32,000 nucleotides of DNA, from positions 2,460,001-2,492,000 of the forward strand of contig NZ_CP034549.1 of NCBI RefSeq assembly GCF_003966335.1. The letters are read 5' to 3'. The translations under genes and the position numbers were made by a program. This DNA comes from Nonlabens ponticola. Lineage in GTDB: Bacteria; Bacteroidota; Bacteroidia; Flavobacteriales; Flavobacteriaceae. Position 1 is the first letter of the stretch, and each line of letters starts with the position of its first letter. Shown here piece by piece: positions 9,621 to 20,887 of this stretch. The notes below the pieces were generated by a model. It saw nothing but the letters and a program-made list of their open reading frames with translations. It searched no databases and had not been told where the DNA came from.

Positions 9621-10178
9621 TTAGAGCTTTTCAAGTTTAGCGCCATCCCATGAATAGGTCATTACAGGCTCTCTAACAGCTGGCTGTCCAAATTGACGAG
9701 ACTTCACAATAATGTCTATGAGGCTTTTGCCGTTTTTGCTTTCGCGAAAGCGTAACTCATGCACATAATTAATCCCATCATAATATTCATTTCTCAATAA
9801 TGGCAACTCTACAATACTGTCTTGAGTCATAAATAAATATCGATCAATTTCAAAACGATCGTTAGCCATAAATTCCGAACGCAATAGCACGATTTCTTTG
9901 ACATTAGGTAGAGTTTCATCCAGCTTATAAACATTGGCAGCCTGCATGCCAGCCACTTCATCTTTTTCAAGAATTATTGCCTTAACCGGAGTTCCTGTTG
10001 AGTCAGATAGAACGGATCTTATCACAGCATGATGCTGCAAGGACTTTCTAGCCCTTTCCATGTCCTCCTTACTAGATATGGATAGTGTGTAATAATCAAT
10101 AGGAATTAATCCAGCGGCTGTTTGAGCCATTGCATGAACACCTAGTAACATTGTGGATAAGAAAAATAGCTTTTTCAT
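9621..10178 (-). CDS. hypothetical secreted protein
   Basis: The ATG at 10178 gives MKKLFFLSTMLLGVHAMAQ, a signal peptide. I recognise no family. It contains one copy of the iterated palindrome. Confidence 0.6.
   Translation of the reverse strand: MKKLFFLSTMLLGVHAMAQTAAGLIPIDYYTLSISSKEDMERARKSLQHHAVIRSVLSDSTGTPVKAIILEKDEVAGMQAANVYKLDETLPNVKEIVLLRSEFMANDRFEIDRYLFMTQDSIVELPLLRNEYYDGINYVHELRFRESKNGKSLIDIIVKSRQFGQPAVREPVMTYSWDGAKLEKL
9738..9751. repeat. iterated palindrome copy 3
   Basis: Perfect 14-mer inside hypothetical CDS 9621..10178, read on the minus strand as R-F-R-E-S. The right flank is GTAAC. Confidence 0.95.
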
Positions 10179-10241
10179 AAGTAATAATAACGATGACAAA
10201 GTACAGCATATTTTGATAAACCATATTTTTACATCAAAATA

Positions 10242-10928
10242 TTGAATGTGCGTATAGATATCATCACCGTATTACCAGAATTGATTGAAAGCCCGTTTGA
10301 GGCCTCTATACTAAAGCGTGCTGTTGATAAAGGCCTGGTAGAAGTTCATATGCACAACTTGAGAAAATATGGTCTTAATAAGTACAACCAGGTAGATGAT
10401 TACCAGTATGGTGGTGGCGCTGGCATGGTAATGATGATCGAGCCTATCGATAATATGATCTCACAGCTCAAAAGCGAGCGTGAATATGATGAAGTGATCT
10501 ATATGACACCCGATGGTGAGACGCTCAATCAAGGAATTGCCAACCATTTATCGACTAAAGGGAACTTAATTATCCTATGCGGTCATTATAAAGGGGTTGA
10601 TCAACGAGTACGTGATCTATTCATCACTCGTGAAATTTCTATAGGTGATTATGTATTGAGTGGCGGCGAGCTGGGAGCTGCGGTATTATGTGATGCGGTG
10701 ATACGATTAATTCCTGGCGTGATTAGTGATGAGACTAGTGCGTTGACTGATAGTTTTCAAGATGATTTGCTGGCGCCACCAGTTTACACGCGACCAGCAA
10801 ATTATAAAGGACACGAGGTTCCTGAAATCTTGACCAGCGGTAATACACCTGCTATCGATCAATGGCGTGAGGATCAAGCCTACGAACGCACAAAAAAGCG
10901 CAGACCTGATCTTTTAACTGACAATTAA
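10242..10928 (+). CDS. trmD: tRNA (guanine37-N1)-methyltransferase TrmD
   Basis: [10 protein letters not shown] start, [13 protein letters not shown] and [11 protein letters not shown] motifs. The start may be the in-frame GTG at 10248 instead of the TTG at 10242. Confidence 0.9.
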   Translation: MNVRIDIITVLPELIESPFEASILKRAVDKGLVEVHMHNLRKYGLNKYNQVDDYQYGGGAGMVMMIEPIDNMISQLKSEREYDEVIYMTPDGETLNQGIANHLSTKGNLIILCGHYKGVDQRVRDLFITREISIGDYVLSGGELGAAVLCDAVIRLIPGVISDETSALTDSFQDDLLAPPVYTRPANYKGHEVPEILTSGNTPAIDQWREDQAYERTKKRRPDLLTDN

Positions 10929-10976
10929 TATCGATTAATAGTCAATATTGTTTAATTTTGTTTTAATCAGGTAATT

Positions 10977-11330
10977 ATGAAAATACTTTTACTCTCTTTT
11001 CTTCTTAGCTTTTACAGCGTGGCAAGTTATGCAGCGACTGTAGAACCTGTTGTGATTACTACCAGCGTTGATACACAAAAGCCTGAAAGCATGCGCCTAA
11101 TCAATAATCCTGTCAAGGATGGCACGCTTAAAATCCAGATACTTAACGCGCAAAGCCTGACTATGAATGTTGTGATCATCAACAGTTTAGGCAAGGAAGT
11201 ATATCGAGCGCAGCGCAGCCTCAATAAACAGGCTCAATTGTTTGATGTTTCTACGCTAGCATCAGGCATTTATTTCTTGAGAGTGAACACAGAGTCTTCA
11301 AACTTTGTGAAGAAACTCATTGTACAGTAA
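10977..11330 (+). CDS. small secreted protein that is almost only a T9SS C-terminal sorting domain
   Basis: Signal peptide MKILLLSFLLSFYSVASYA, then about 20 residues, then a CTD-like block (LINNPVKDGTLKIQ...NSLGKEVY...ASGIYFLRVNTESSNFVKKLIVQ). Confidence 0.65.
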   Translation: MKILLLSFLLSFYSVASYAATVEPVVITTSVDTQKPESMRLINNPVKDGTLKIQILNAQSLTMNVVIINSLGKEVYRAQRSLNKQAQLFDVSTLASGIYFLRVNTESSNFVKKLIVQ

Positions 11331-11384
11331 GTCATTTATTATTTATTAAAATTTGGTTGCTTAAATAATCTTCTTATTTTTGCA

Positions 11385-11392
11385 CCTCGTAA
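11385..11392 (+). promoter_or_regulatory. Bacteroidota-type -7 promoter box (TATTTTTG) upstream of rplS
   Basis: Matches TAnnTTTG and lies 64 nt upstream of the rplS ATG. It is followed by GCACCTCG. Confidence 0.45.
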
Positions 11393-11455
11393 AAAATAAC
11401 CTCTGACGATAATCGTGAATGTTGTTTTATTACCTAACAGATTAAATCTATTAAG

Positions 11456-11809
11456 ATGTCAGATTTAGTAAAATTCGTTCAAGACGAGTTTATTGAGAAA
11501 AAAGAGTTTCCTAAGTTCAGCGCTGGTGATACGATCACGGTGTATTATGAGATCAAGGAAGGTGAAAAGAGTCGTACGCAGTTCTTCCGCGGTGTGGTTC
11601 TACAATTGAGAGGTTCTGGTAAAACTAAAACCTTTACTATTAGAAAAATGAGTGGTAACATAGGTGTAGAGCGTATCTTCCCTGTGAACTTGCCAGCTAT
11701 TCAAAAAATTGAAGTCAATAAAGCAGGTAGCGTACGTCGCAAGCGTATCTTCTACTTTAGAGAACTTACAGGTAAAAAAGCCCGTATCAAAGAGGCTCGT
11801 AGAAAGTAA
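11456..11809 (+). CDS. rplS: 50S ribosomal protein L19
   Basis: 117 aa with the GDTITVYYEIKEGEKSRTQFFRGVV and RRKRIFYFR L19 signature regions. Confidence 0.95.
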   Translation: MSDLVKFVQDEFIEKKEFPKFSAGDTITVYYEIKEGEKSRTQFFRGVVLQLRGSGKTKTFTIRKMSGNIGVERIFPVNLPAIQKIEVNKAGSVRRKRIFYFRELTGKKARIKEARRK

Positions 11810-11831
11810 TCTGTCATTACCGTTTATATTT

Positions 11832-11859
11832 AAAACCGCTCTATCGAGCGGTTTTTTTT
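11832..11859 (+). terminator. rho-independent terminator of rplS
   Basis: Hairpin CCGCTC-tatc-GAGCGG flanked by an A-run and followed by T8. Confidence 0.8.
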
Positions 11860-11882
11860 GTTGGGTAGATGGTGATAATTAT

Positions 11883-11896
11883 GCTTTCGCGAAAGC
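11883..11896. repeat. iterated palindrome copy 4
   Basis: Perfect 14-mer in the spacer just after the rplS terminator. The outer arms GTGAT...ATCAC can extend the hairpin. Confidence 0.95.
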
Positions 11897-11998
11897 TAAC
11901 ATCACAAAATTCCAACTAACAATCAAAATGAGCAGTACAAAGCGCTACCAAAGTGCTAAGGCTACCTAAAAATGGCTGCTAAAACCTCGTTCAAGCAT

Positions 11999-12006
11999 TA
12001 TATTTG
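11999..12006 (+). promoter_or_regulatory. -7 promoter box (TATATTTG) upstream of icd
   Basis: Matches TAnnTTTG and lies 55 nt upstream of the icd ATG. Confidence 0.4.
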
Positions 12007-12048
12007 TTACCCGCGTGAAACCACGTGTTTGAATTAAATTAAAATTAA

Positions 12049-14280
<2,232 letters not shown>

Positions 14281-14301
14281 ACACTATTTATAGAGTCATA
14301 G

Positions 14302-14335
14302 AATACCGATCTTCAAAAAAGGTCGGTATTTTTTT
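14302..14335 (+). terminator. rho-independent terminator of icd
   Basis: A 10-bp stem AATACCGATC / GGTCGGTATT (one G-U pair) followed by a T-run. Confidence 0.8.
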
Positions 14336-14370
14336 GTGCTATATTTCAAGTACCAACCAACCTCAATATC

Positions 14371-14784
14371 ATGCACTTACTTACAATCGAGTATCCAGTC
14401 TGGTATCAGTTTTTGATGTATTCTCATTTAGCCACGGTGATTCCCTGTGTGTTTCTGGGTGCTTATCTCCTAGCCTTTTCAAAAGGAACTACTACGCACA
14501 GGATGCTGGGTAAAATCTATATGAGTCTCATGTTCATCACAGCGCTCATCACCATCTTTATGCCAGCTATGGTAGGCCCAACGCTGTTTAACCATTTTGG
14601 ATGGATCCATTTGTTCACGCTGCTTACACTATGGACAGTGCCTACCGCTTTGATTGCTGTGCGCAAGGGTAACATCAAAGCTCACAAACGCAAGATGGTT
14701 TTGCTCTACATTGGCGCTTTGCTCATTGCAGGTGGATTCACTTTTGTTCCTGGCAGGTACATGCATGAACTAGTGTTTGGGTAA
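14371..14784 (+). CDS. small integral membrane protein (DUF2306-like)
   Basis: 137 aa with four predicted TM helices and HRMLGKIY and AHKRKM motifs. Confidence 0.5.
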   Translation: MHLLTIEYPVWYQFLMYSHLATVIPCVFLGAYLLAFSKGTTTHRMLGKIYMSLMFITALITIFMPAMVGPTLFNHFGWIHLFTLLTLWTVPTALIAVRKGNIKAHKRKMVLLYIGALLIAGGFTFVPGRYMHELVFG

Positions 14785-14803
14785 TATTGTGAGGATTGTA
14801 TGT

Positions 14804-14827
14804 ATTACGCTTTCGCGAAAGCATAAT
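14804..14827. repeat. iterated palindrome copy 5
   Basis: Core at 14809-14822. It forms a 24-bp palindrome with one mismatched pair (ATTACGCTTTCGCGAAAGCATAAT) in the spacer between convergent genes. Confidence 0.95.
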
Positions 14828-14846
14828 AATCACAAACTGTTTGACT

Positions 14847-16100
14847 TTAAAAATACTGACCTATACCAAAGACGAATCCTTGAGTAGAATCCTGCGTCAC
14901 GCCAACACCGTAATCAATGCGAAATACCGTATTGAATATCTGCTTGTGAATAAATCGTAATCCCAAACCAGGATAAACCCTGATGTTTTGCCTACTGCCA
15001 AAATCTGAAAAACGACCACCTGGATTGCGCCAGCTACCTGCATCTACAAATACATTAGTCTGTAGGACAAACCAGTCGCGTTCCCATGCGGTGTGTCGGT
15101 ATTCTGTATTGAGGACGATGGCACCAGTGCCACGATCTATTGTGTTTCCCACGCCACGTATATTCAAATTATTATCTACTGCAAATGGAGCAAATGGCGA
15201 GTCGTCATTTGAAGCCAGTCCTAGTCTGAGCCTGTTTGCCCAATTGCCTTTCTCGCCTACTCTAGTAAAATAAAGAAAGTCATTGCGAGCAATAATAAAA
15301 TCTGGTAAAGCACTATCGGTACTTATCACATATTGCGCATTAAAAATACTGCGGAAACCACTGATGTACTGGTAATAATTATCCAGTCCATTATACTCGT
15401 AAATTCCTTTTACCAGTGATTTATCGACGTCAAGATCTTGCGGAATTCCATTCTGGGTAGCGCCACGCAAATACTCATAATCTTCATTGAAAAAACTATA
15501 ACCTACAGCGACACGATGTCTAAGGTTTATCTGATACAGCAATGATAATTCATAGCTAGTGTTGTTGTATTTATAGTCTGCAACACCATTAGATAAAAAA
15601 ACAGGTTCCCGTGTGGTAAAATCTTGATAGCCTATGGCAAGTCCTAGATGCTTACTGAATAAAATTGGCGCGCGGATGTTGATACCATAGGAATCAAAAA
15701 TATCCTTTTGGTAAAATACGCCTGCTGCGATGCCACGACCTAGCAGGTTGAATTCTGTGACGCCTAGTCTGTAGGCAAACTCGTCATCGTTTGTCGTATA
15801 AAAGTTGACATAAGGAATGATGGTCCAATTCTCTTGCAGACCATAAACCACTCGCACACCATTATCCTGTTCGTATACCTGGTAATATGCATGTGCGATA
15901 CCAGGCTCACGACGCAGTCTGATCATATCTCGCTCGAGCAAGGTGCTGTCCAATTGTTGACCTACTTCTAATTCAATAAGCGTATTGAGATAAGACAGCT
16001 TATTCTTTTTATGGTCTTGCCATTGCAATTTTACCACAGTCTGACTGTAAACAGATGAGGATAAAAGGAGAAAGACAAGGAGCCTTAAATCAAGCTTCAA
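14847..16100 (-). CDS. Omp85/BamA-superfamily outer-membrane protein (POTRA plus beta-barrel)
   Basis: Signal peptide, a POTRA-like N-terminal region, alternating beta-strand pattern and a C-terminal aromatic residue (...GIGQYF). Confidence 0.55.
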   Translation of the reverse strand: MKLDLRLLVFLLLSSSVYSQTVVKLQWQDHKKNKLSYLNTLIELEVGQQLDSTLLERDMIRLRREPGIAHAYYQVYEQDNGVRVVYGLQENWTIIPYVNFYTTNDDEFAYRLGVTEFNLLGRGIAAGVFYQKDIFDSYGINIRAPILFSKHLGLAIGYQDFTTREPVFLSNGVADYKYNNTSYELSLLYQINLRHRVAVGYSFFNEDYEYLRGATQNGIPQDLDVDKSLVKGIYEYNGLDNYYQYISGFRSIFNAQYVISTDSALPDFIIARNDFLYFTRVGEKGNWANRLRLGLASNDDSPFAPFAVDNNLNIRGVGNTIDRGTGAIVLNTEYRHTAWERDWFVLQTNVFVDAGSWRNPGGRFSDFGSRQNIRVYPGLGLRFIHKQIFNTVFRIDYGVGVTQDSTQGFVFGIGQYF

Positions 16101-16111
16101 AAAGAAAATGC

Positions 16112-16996
16112 TTAAAATACCAATCGCAAACCTATATTAAAGGTCTCGCCTAGACCGGTATTGTTTCCGCGTATGAAGTTAGTGTATAATGCCTCAATAT
16201 TGAGCTCATCGGTAAGTTGGTATTTTGCGCCACCACCCAATGCTGTGAAATCCTGTTCAAAATCATTCCCCAAATCAATGCGCTGCGAGTGTTGTGCTAG
16301 CGCAAGAACAGTAAATTTTGACCATGGAAAGTAACTCACAAAAACACCTGGCGTCAAATTCAAACTATCGTTTGCAAAGCTGTCTTCATCTTCTCCAAAG
16401 CTAAGTTCTGTATTAAGCTCAGTAAAGATTTGCCATTTGTTGCCTGGAAAATTGTAGTCGTAGAAAAACCTATTCTGGAAAATATATCCGTCTTGATCTA
16501 GGAAAACGCCATCTTCTGTTTCATTATCCACTAGCGGAATGAAAAAGGAACTCTGAATGGAAAAATTATTCACGCTTGCAAATGGGACAAACTTGACAGA
16601 TGGTGCGATGGACGTTAGCCCAGATCTAGCAGTACCACGCTCTCCATCAAATTGAAAGACTTCTAGCGGACCTCTATCATTCACCACATTACTGCGCGCT
16701 TCTAGAATCAGACCTACATTCCAACGGCGGTTACTGCCAACGCCAGTGTAGGCCTCGATGGTAGATGTAAAAAAGGTCTGGCGTGGCTCACGACCATCTG
16801 TAAAGGTGCTTTCTGTTTGCGTGTACAGGTTGTTGAACCATTTGATGTCATATTGACCTTGACCTATCAACTTTGATGGAGTTAGCGTTTGTATGACAGA
16901 ACCTTGAATTTCCTGATCTGCATCATCCTCTTGTGCGGTGACATGTAACGGAATAACTGATAGTAGTAAAAGACTTAATAGAATGAAATTTTTCAT
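16112..16996 (-). CDS. hypothetical outer-membrane beta-barrel protein
   Basis: Signal peptide, alternating hydrophobic pattern and terminal ...GLRLVF. It lies 11 nt upstream of the Omp85-like gene. Confidence 0.5.
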   Translation of the reverse strand: MKNFILLSLLLLSVIPLHVTAQEDDADQEIQGSVIQTLTPSKLIGQGQYDIKWFNNLYTQTESTFTDGREPRQTFFTSTIEAYTGVGSNRRWNVGLILEARSNVVNDRGPLEVFQFDGERGTARSGLTSIAPSVKFVPFASVNNFSIQSSFFIPLVDNETEDGVFLDQDGYIFQNRFFYDYNFPGNKWQIFTELNTELSFGEDEDSFANDSLNLTPGVFVSYFPWSKFTVLALAQHSQRIDLGNDFEQDFTALGGGAKYQLTDELNIEALYTNFIRGNNTGLGETFNIGLRLVF

Positions 16997-17020
16997 GATA
17001 TAAGGGGTTGGTGGATTAGT

Positions 17021-17728
17021 TTATAGCTTGTTGATTTTCCAATTATAGGTGTAGAAAGAGACCTTAGTGTTTTCATCAACTGGATTTGTGAGATAAGCAT
17101 TGATAAAAGTCAATGTCGTGTTTTCACCTTGATTAAAATCTTGGGCATACCACTCAAAAATTTGTGAGACCTGCAGCTTTTTCCCTTTGGTTTTGATAAA
17201 TGATGGATTGTTGATCGCCTTACTCGTTTGAGCGGTCAATTGCCTATCTAACGTATCTGGCTTATAAGTATTAGGAATGATAGGTGGACAACCCAATGCA
17301 CCGCAAACTAGCACAAAATGTACTCGAGCATCATTGAATTGTTCTCTTAGTTTTTTGTTCTCAATGTCATTCAAGGTTAAAGTCTCGCCGCCAACCTCTC
17401 GTTTGGTATTGTCAAAGAATCCTTTCACATCTAGTGGTGAGTTGACAGGATAAGCTTCTACCAATCCATTTATTACGTGCAAATTATAAGCATTGATCCA
17501 GAAGGCTTGATAATCTGCTGGGCTGCTTTTTGAAACGTTGATTGCTTCAGCTTGGGTAATGAGTTTGTTCAATGAACTAGGGTCCTTTTTAATTGCTGCA
17601 TAATCAACCTTGCCATTAGAAACATAAGTCTTAAGGAAAGCATCGGTATCTTCATAAAAGGATGCTGTTTGAGCTTGACCATAGTTGGAGACGATAATGA
17701 GAAATAATAATGCAAATAGATTTTTCAT
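17021..17728 (-). CDS. DUF547 domain-containing secreted protein
   Basis: The ATG at 17728 gives the signal peptide MKNLFALLFLIIVSNYGQAQ. FWINAYNLHVI and VHFVLVCGALGCPPI are DUF547 hallmarks. Confidence 0.7.
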   Translation of the reverse strand: MKNLFALLFLIIVSNYGQAQTASFYEDTDAFLKTYVSNGKVDYAAIKKDPSSLNKLITQAEAINVSKSSPADYQAFWINAYNLHVINGLVEAYPVNSPLDVKGFFDNTKREVGGETLTLNDIENKKLREQFNDARVHFVLVCGALGCPPIIPNTYKPDTLDRQLTAQTSKAINNPSFIKTKGKKLQVSQIFEWYAQDFNQGENTTLTFINAYLTNPVDENTKVSFYTYNWKINKL

Positions 17729-17867
17729 CGTAATAAGTTTAATAGCGTTGAATGCTGATGACAAATCTAGAGCGACATAGAAGTTTCTTATTAAACCATA
17801 AATCCCAAATAGTTATAGATTATTCCCTTACTCAATTCTATCCACCCATTAATTAGTCTTAAGACAC

Positions 17868-17898
17868 AAAAAAACCGACGCTATAAAAGCATCGGTTT
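17868..17898 (-). terminator. rho-independent terminator of the MBL-fold lipoprotein gene
   Basis: On the minus strand: ACCGATGC-ttttata-GCGTCGGT followed by T7. Confidence 0.75.
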
Positions 17899-17920
17899 AG
17901 TTTTTAATTTTAATATTTCA

Positions 17921-18733
17921 CTAGCCGCGCTGCGGATACCAATCCATAAGTGTCACTTCAATTGCATCACTACCTTGATTGACAAGAGACTTGAATTTCT
18001 CAACATCGCTCAAACCGTCCGTTCCTCGGTAGTGAAAAGGAATAACTTCCTTAGGAGCAAAATCTAATACCGCATCGGCTGCCTGTTCTACATCCATGGT
18101 GTACGGTAGGTTCATACATACAAATGCCTTATCGATATTTTCAAGATTACGCATTTCAGGAATACCTTCTGTATCTCCAGAAATATATACTCTGTACCCA
18201 TTCTTTTCCAGCACATAGCCATTACCGCGTCCTTTCACATGTTTGTCCAATCGACCTTCGGTAATATTGTACATAGGTATGGCCTTAATAGTCAATCCGT
18301 TTCGGGTAGCGACGTCACCGTTGTTTAGGACAACCGTTGGCTTTAAATCATCACCCAGTTGGTCAGCTACCGCTTGAGGTGCAAATAAGAAATTGGACTT
18401 ATTGGCTACTGCCATAAGAGTTTCTTTATTAAGGTGATCGCCATGAATATCAGTTACTAGAATGATATTTGCTTCTGGCTTACCTTCAAATGCTGTGGCT
18501 CCACCAACAGGATCATTGTAGATAATCTGGTCATCCCATTTCATCACAAAAGTTGCATGGGATATAGGCATAATCTCAATAGACGGTATGTATTCCTCAT
18601 CATTGGATGCAGCACTTTGCTGTTCTTCTGTTTGGTTATTTGCAGTAGTATCTTCCGTAGTACTTGCGTTGTCTTTGCAAGCCATTAATGACAGACTCAA
18701 GAAGGAAAGTAGGAGTAATTTTTTCATGATCAT
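17921..18733 (-). CDS. MBL-fold metallo-hydrolase lipoprotein
   Basis: Lipoprotein signal (LSLMAC). The VTDIHGDH metal-binding motif and a later ISGDTEG motif are present. Confidence 0.7.
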   Translation of the reverse strand: MIMKKLLLLSFLSLSLMACKDNASTTEDTTANNQTEEQQSAASNDEEYIPSIEIMPISHATFVMKWDDQIIYNDPVGGATAFEGKPEANIILVTDIHGDHLNKETLMAVANKSNFLFAPQAVADQLGDDLKPTVVLNNGDVATRNGLTIKAIPMYNITEGRLDKHVKGRGNGYVLEKNGYRVYISGDTEGIPEMRNLENIDKAFVCMNLPYTMDVEQAADAVLDFAPKEVIPFHYRGTDGLSDVEKFKSLVNQGSDAIEVTLMDWYPQRG

Positions 18734-18877
18734 TTTTATTGGTCAAAGATAAAATCATGGAACAGGCTCGATGTTAAGCTTTTGAGAAATGTCAAGCGTC
18801 ATTTTATGATCTAGATTTAGGATACAGGTATGCACATGTCTTAACTATTCTCTAGCGATCACTTATTTTAAATGCAA

Positions 18878-18885
18878 TAGATTTG
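18878..18885 (+). promoter_or_regulatory. -7 promoter box (TAGATTTG)
   Basis: Matches TAnnTTTG and lies only 17 nt upstream of the ATG at 18903. Confidence 0.45.
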
Positions 18886-18902
18886 CCAGTAAATACGACA
18901 AG

Positions 18903-20054
18903 ATGAGCAAGCTTACTAGCCCTAATTATGTGTGCGTTCATGCCGGTGATCTCAAGGACACTACATTTGGCGGCGCCACTGCTCCTATTTATACATCGAC
19001 TACATATGACTATCGCGGTGAGGGCACAAATTTATATCCGCGCTATTTTAACACGCCTAATCAAGTAGCGCTGGCTCAAAAAATGGCAGCACTGGAACAG
19101 ACCGAGGCTGCTCTAATCTTTGGTAGCGGTATGGCGGCGATAAGCGCCGTTTTTATGGCGTTTCTCAAACAAGGAGATCACATCATCCTACAACGCGCAA
19201 TCTATGGTGGCACGGCACATTTTGCAGCAGCAGAATTTGATCGCACGGGTATAAGCTACACCATGATTGAGCATGTCGATGAAGAAAGTTTACAGACCGC
19301 ACTCAAAGAAAACACTAGGATGATCTACATCGAGACACCTAGCAATCCCTTGTTAGAAGTTGTGGATATTGAGGTTGTTTCAGCTTTCGCGAAAGCTAAC
19401 TCCCTAAAAACTGCCATCGACAACACATTTGCCTCACCTATCAACCAGAATCCTGCAAACTATGGTATTGATATCATTATACATAGTGCGACTAAATACC
19501 TAGGCGGTCACAGCGATATTTGTGCTGGTACGGTTTCTGCCTCACAGGTGGACATTGACAGATTGTGGAAAACTGCCAAGAATTATGGCGGTAGCCTGAG
19601 CGATGTTACCGTTCACTTATTAGAACGTAGCATAAAAACACTAGGATTAAGAGTCAAGCAGCAGTCTGAAACCGCTCACAAACTAGCCGTTGCACTAGAG
19701 CTCAATCAAGATGTTGAATCTGTAAATTACCCAGGTCTTGAATCTCACGCACAGCATGAGATTGCCAAAAAGCAAATGCGTTATTACGGCGGTATGATGT
19801 CGTTTGTACTAAGCTCAAAAATCGACGACGACCAGTTTTTGAATCACTTGAAGGTCATAAAACCAGCGCTAAGTCTTGCTGGTGTAGAGTCTACAATCTT
19901 ATCACCACGTTTGACCTCTCATAGCTTATTGCCAGCAAAAGAAAGAAGAGAACAAGGTATCGATGATCGTTTGCTACGATTTTCAACTGGAATAGAAGAA
20001 CTTGAAGTACTTCTAGAAGACATCATGCAAGCTCTTGAAAACAGCAGAAAATAA
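18903..20054 (+). CDS. PLP-dependent trans-sulfuration family enzyme (cystathionine gamma-synthase/lyase or beta-lyase type)
   Basis: Cys/Met-metabolism PLP family features: SGMAAI, VDNTFASP and the PLP-lysine context HSATKYLGGHSD. Confidence 0.85.
   Translation: MSKLTSPNYVCVHAGDLKDTTFGGATAPIYTSTTYDYRGEGTNLYPRYFNTPNQVALAQKMAALEQTEAALIFGSGMAAISAVFMAFLKQGDHIILQRAIYGGTAHFAAAEFDRTGISYTMIEHVDEESLQTALKENTRMIYIETPSNPLLEVVDIEVVSAFAKANSLKTAIDNTFASPINQNPANYGIDIIIHSATKYLGGHSDICAGTVSASQVDIDRLWKTAKNYGGSLSDVTVHLLERSIKTLGLRVKQQSETAHKLAVALELNQDVESVNYPGLESHAQHEIAKKQMRYYGGMMSFVLSSKIDDDQFLNHLKVIKPALSLAGVESTILSPRLTSHSLLPAKERREQGIDDRLLRFSTGIEELEVLLEDIMQALENSRK
19382..19397. repeat. iterated palindrome copy 6 (AGCTTTCGCGAAAGCT)
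   Basis: Perfect 16-bp palindrome inside the trans-sulfuration enzyme CDS, read as S-A-F-A-K-A-N. Confidence 0.95.
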
Positions 20055-20058
20055 TCTT

Positions 20059-20778
20059 ATGAAATTAGACATTCTCGCCATAGGCGCACATCCAGACGAT
20101 ATTGAATTAAGTTGTGCAGGTGTTCTTGCTAAGGAAGCTGCAGCAGGAAAGAAAATAGGTATTGTAGATCTTACCAGAGGTGAGCTAGGAACAAGAGGAA
20201 CACCAGAGATACGAGATCAAGAAGCCACTAAAGCGGCAAAAATTTTAGGTGTTGCAGTAAGGGAAAACCTAGGTTTTGCAGACGGCTTTTTTGTAAACGA
20301 CAAGCAACACCAACTCGAGATCGTCAAAATGATACGCAAGTATCAACCAGAAATCGTCATTTGCAATGCGGTAGAAGATCGGCATCCAGATCATGCCAAA
20401 GGATCAGACCTTACAAGCGTGAGCTGTTTTCTATCTGGCTTGAGAAAAATTGAAACCCTTGACGATCAAGGCGTGAACCAAGAACAGTGGAGACCTAAAA
20501 ATGTGTATCACTACATACAATGGAAAGACCTCGTTCCCGATATAGTTGTTGATATAACGGGTCATCTAGAAACTAAAATGGATGCCGTGAAAGCTTATAA
20601 GTCGCAATTCTTTGATCCTGACAATAACGAGCCTGCAACACCTATAAGTAGTAATAACTTCTTTGAATCTATAAGGTATAGAGCCGCCAATCTAGGCAGA
20701 TTGATAGGCACTGATCATGCAGAAGGTTTTACTACTGAGAGGTATCCAGCGGTAGACAGTCTATTTGACCTCAAATAA
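20059..20778 (+). CDS. bshB1: LmbE/PIG-L family deacetylase, BshB1-like (bacillithiol biosynthesis)
   Basis: The ATG at 20059 gives MKLDILAIGAHPDDIELSCAG, and HPDH follows later. The TTG at 20035 used by the ORF track would overlap the upstream gene. Confidence 0.75.
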   Translation: MKLDILAIGAHPDDIELSCAGVLAKEAAAGKKIGIVDLTRGELGTRGTPEIRDQEATKAAKILGVAVRENLGFADGFFVNDKQHQLEIVKMIRKYQPEIVICNAVEDRHPDHAKGSDLTSVSCFLSGLRKIETLDDQGVNQEQWRPKNVYHYIQWKDLVPDIVVDITGHLETKMDAVKAYKSQFFDPDNNEPATPISSNNFFESIRYRAANLGRLIGTDHAEGFTTERYPAVDSLFDLK

Positions 20779-20793
20779 ATAATGGTAAAAGTA

Positions 20794-20823
20794 TTTGTGA
20801 TTTTGAGAAATGCTGTAAATTTG
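20794..20823 (+). promoter_or_regulatory. putative promoter of tRNA-His (-33 TTTG, -7 TAAATTTG)
   Basis: TTTG at 20794-20797 and TAAATTTG at 20816-20823 are separated by 18 nt. The tRNA starts 65 nt downstream of the -7 box. Confidence 0.5.
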
Positions 20824-20887
20824 CATCCGCTTAACAGCTAGTGGTTGATGATCTTGAGATCCACTTTAATAAAACTCACATTGATAT

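Noticed and set aside
11709-11969. 86-aa ORF overlapping the rplS 3' end
   Set aside because: It is out of frame with rplS, runs through the rplS terminator hairpin and the palindrome copy, and has no independent start signals.
18734-18902. Possible SAM or other riboswitch upstream of the trans-sulfuration enzyme gene
   Set aside because: The best promoter -7 box (18878-18885) is only 17 nt from the ATG. That leaves no room for a structured leader, and I could see no conserved riboswitch core.
20841-20847. GTGGTTG in the tRNA-His leader, identical to the tRNA 5' acceptor strand, as a possible 5' tRNA fragment
   Set aside because: Only 7 nt match and the similarity decays immediately afterwards, which is consistent with chance.
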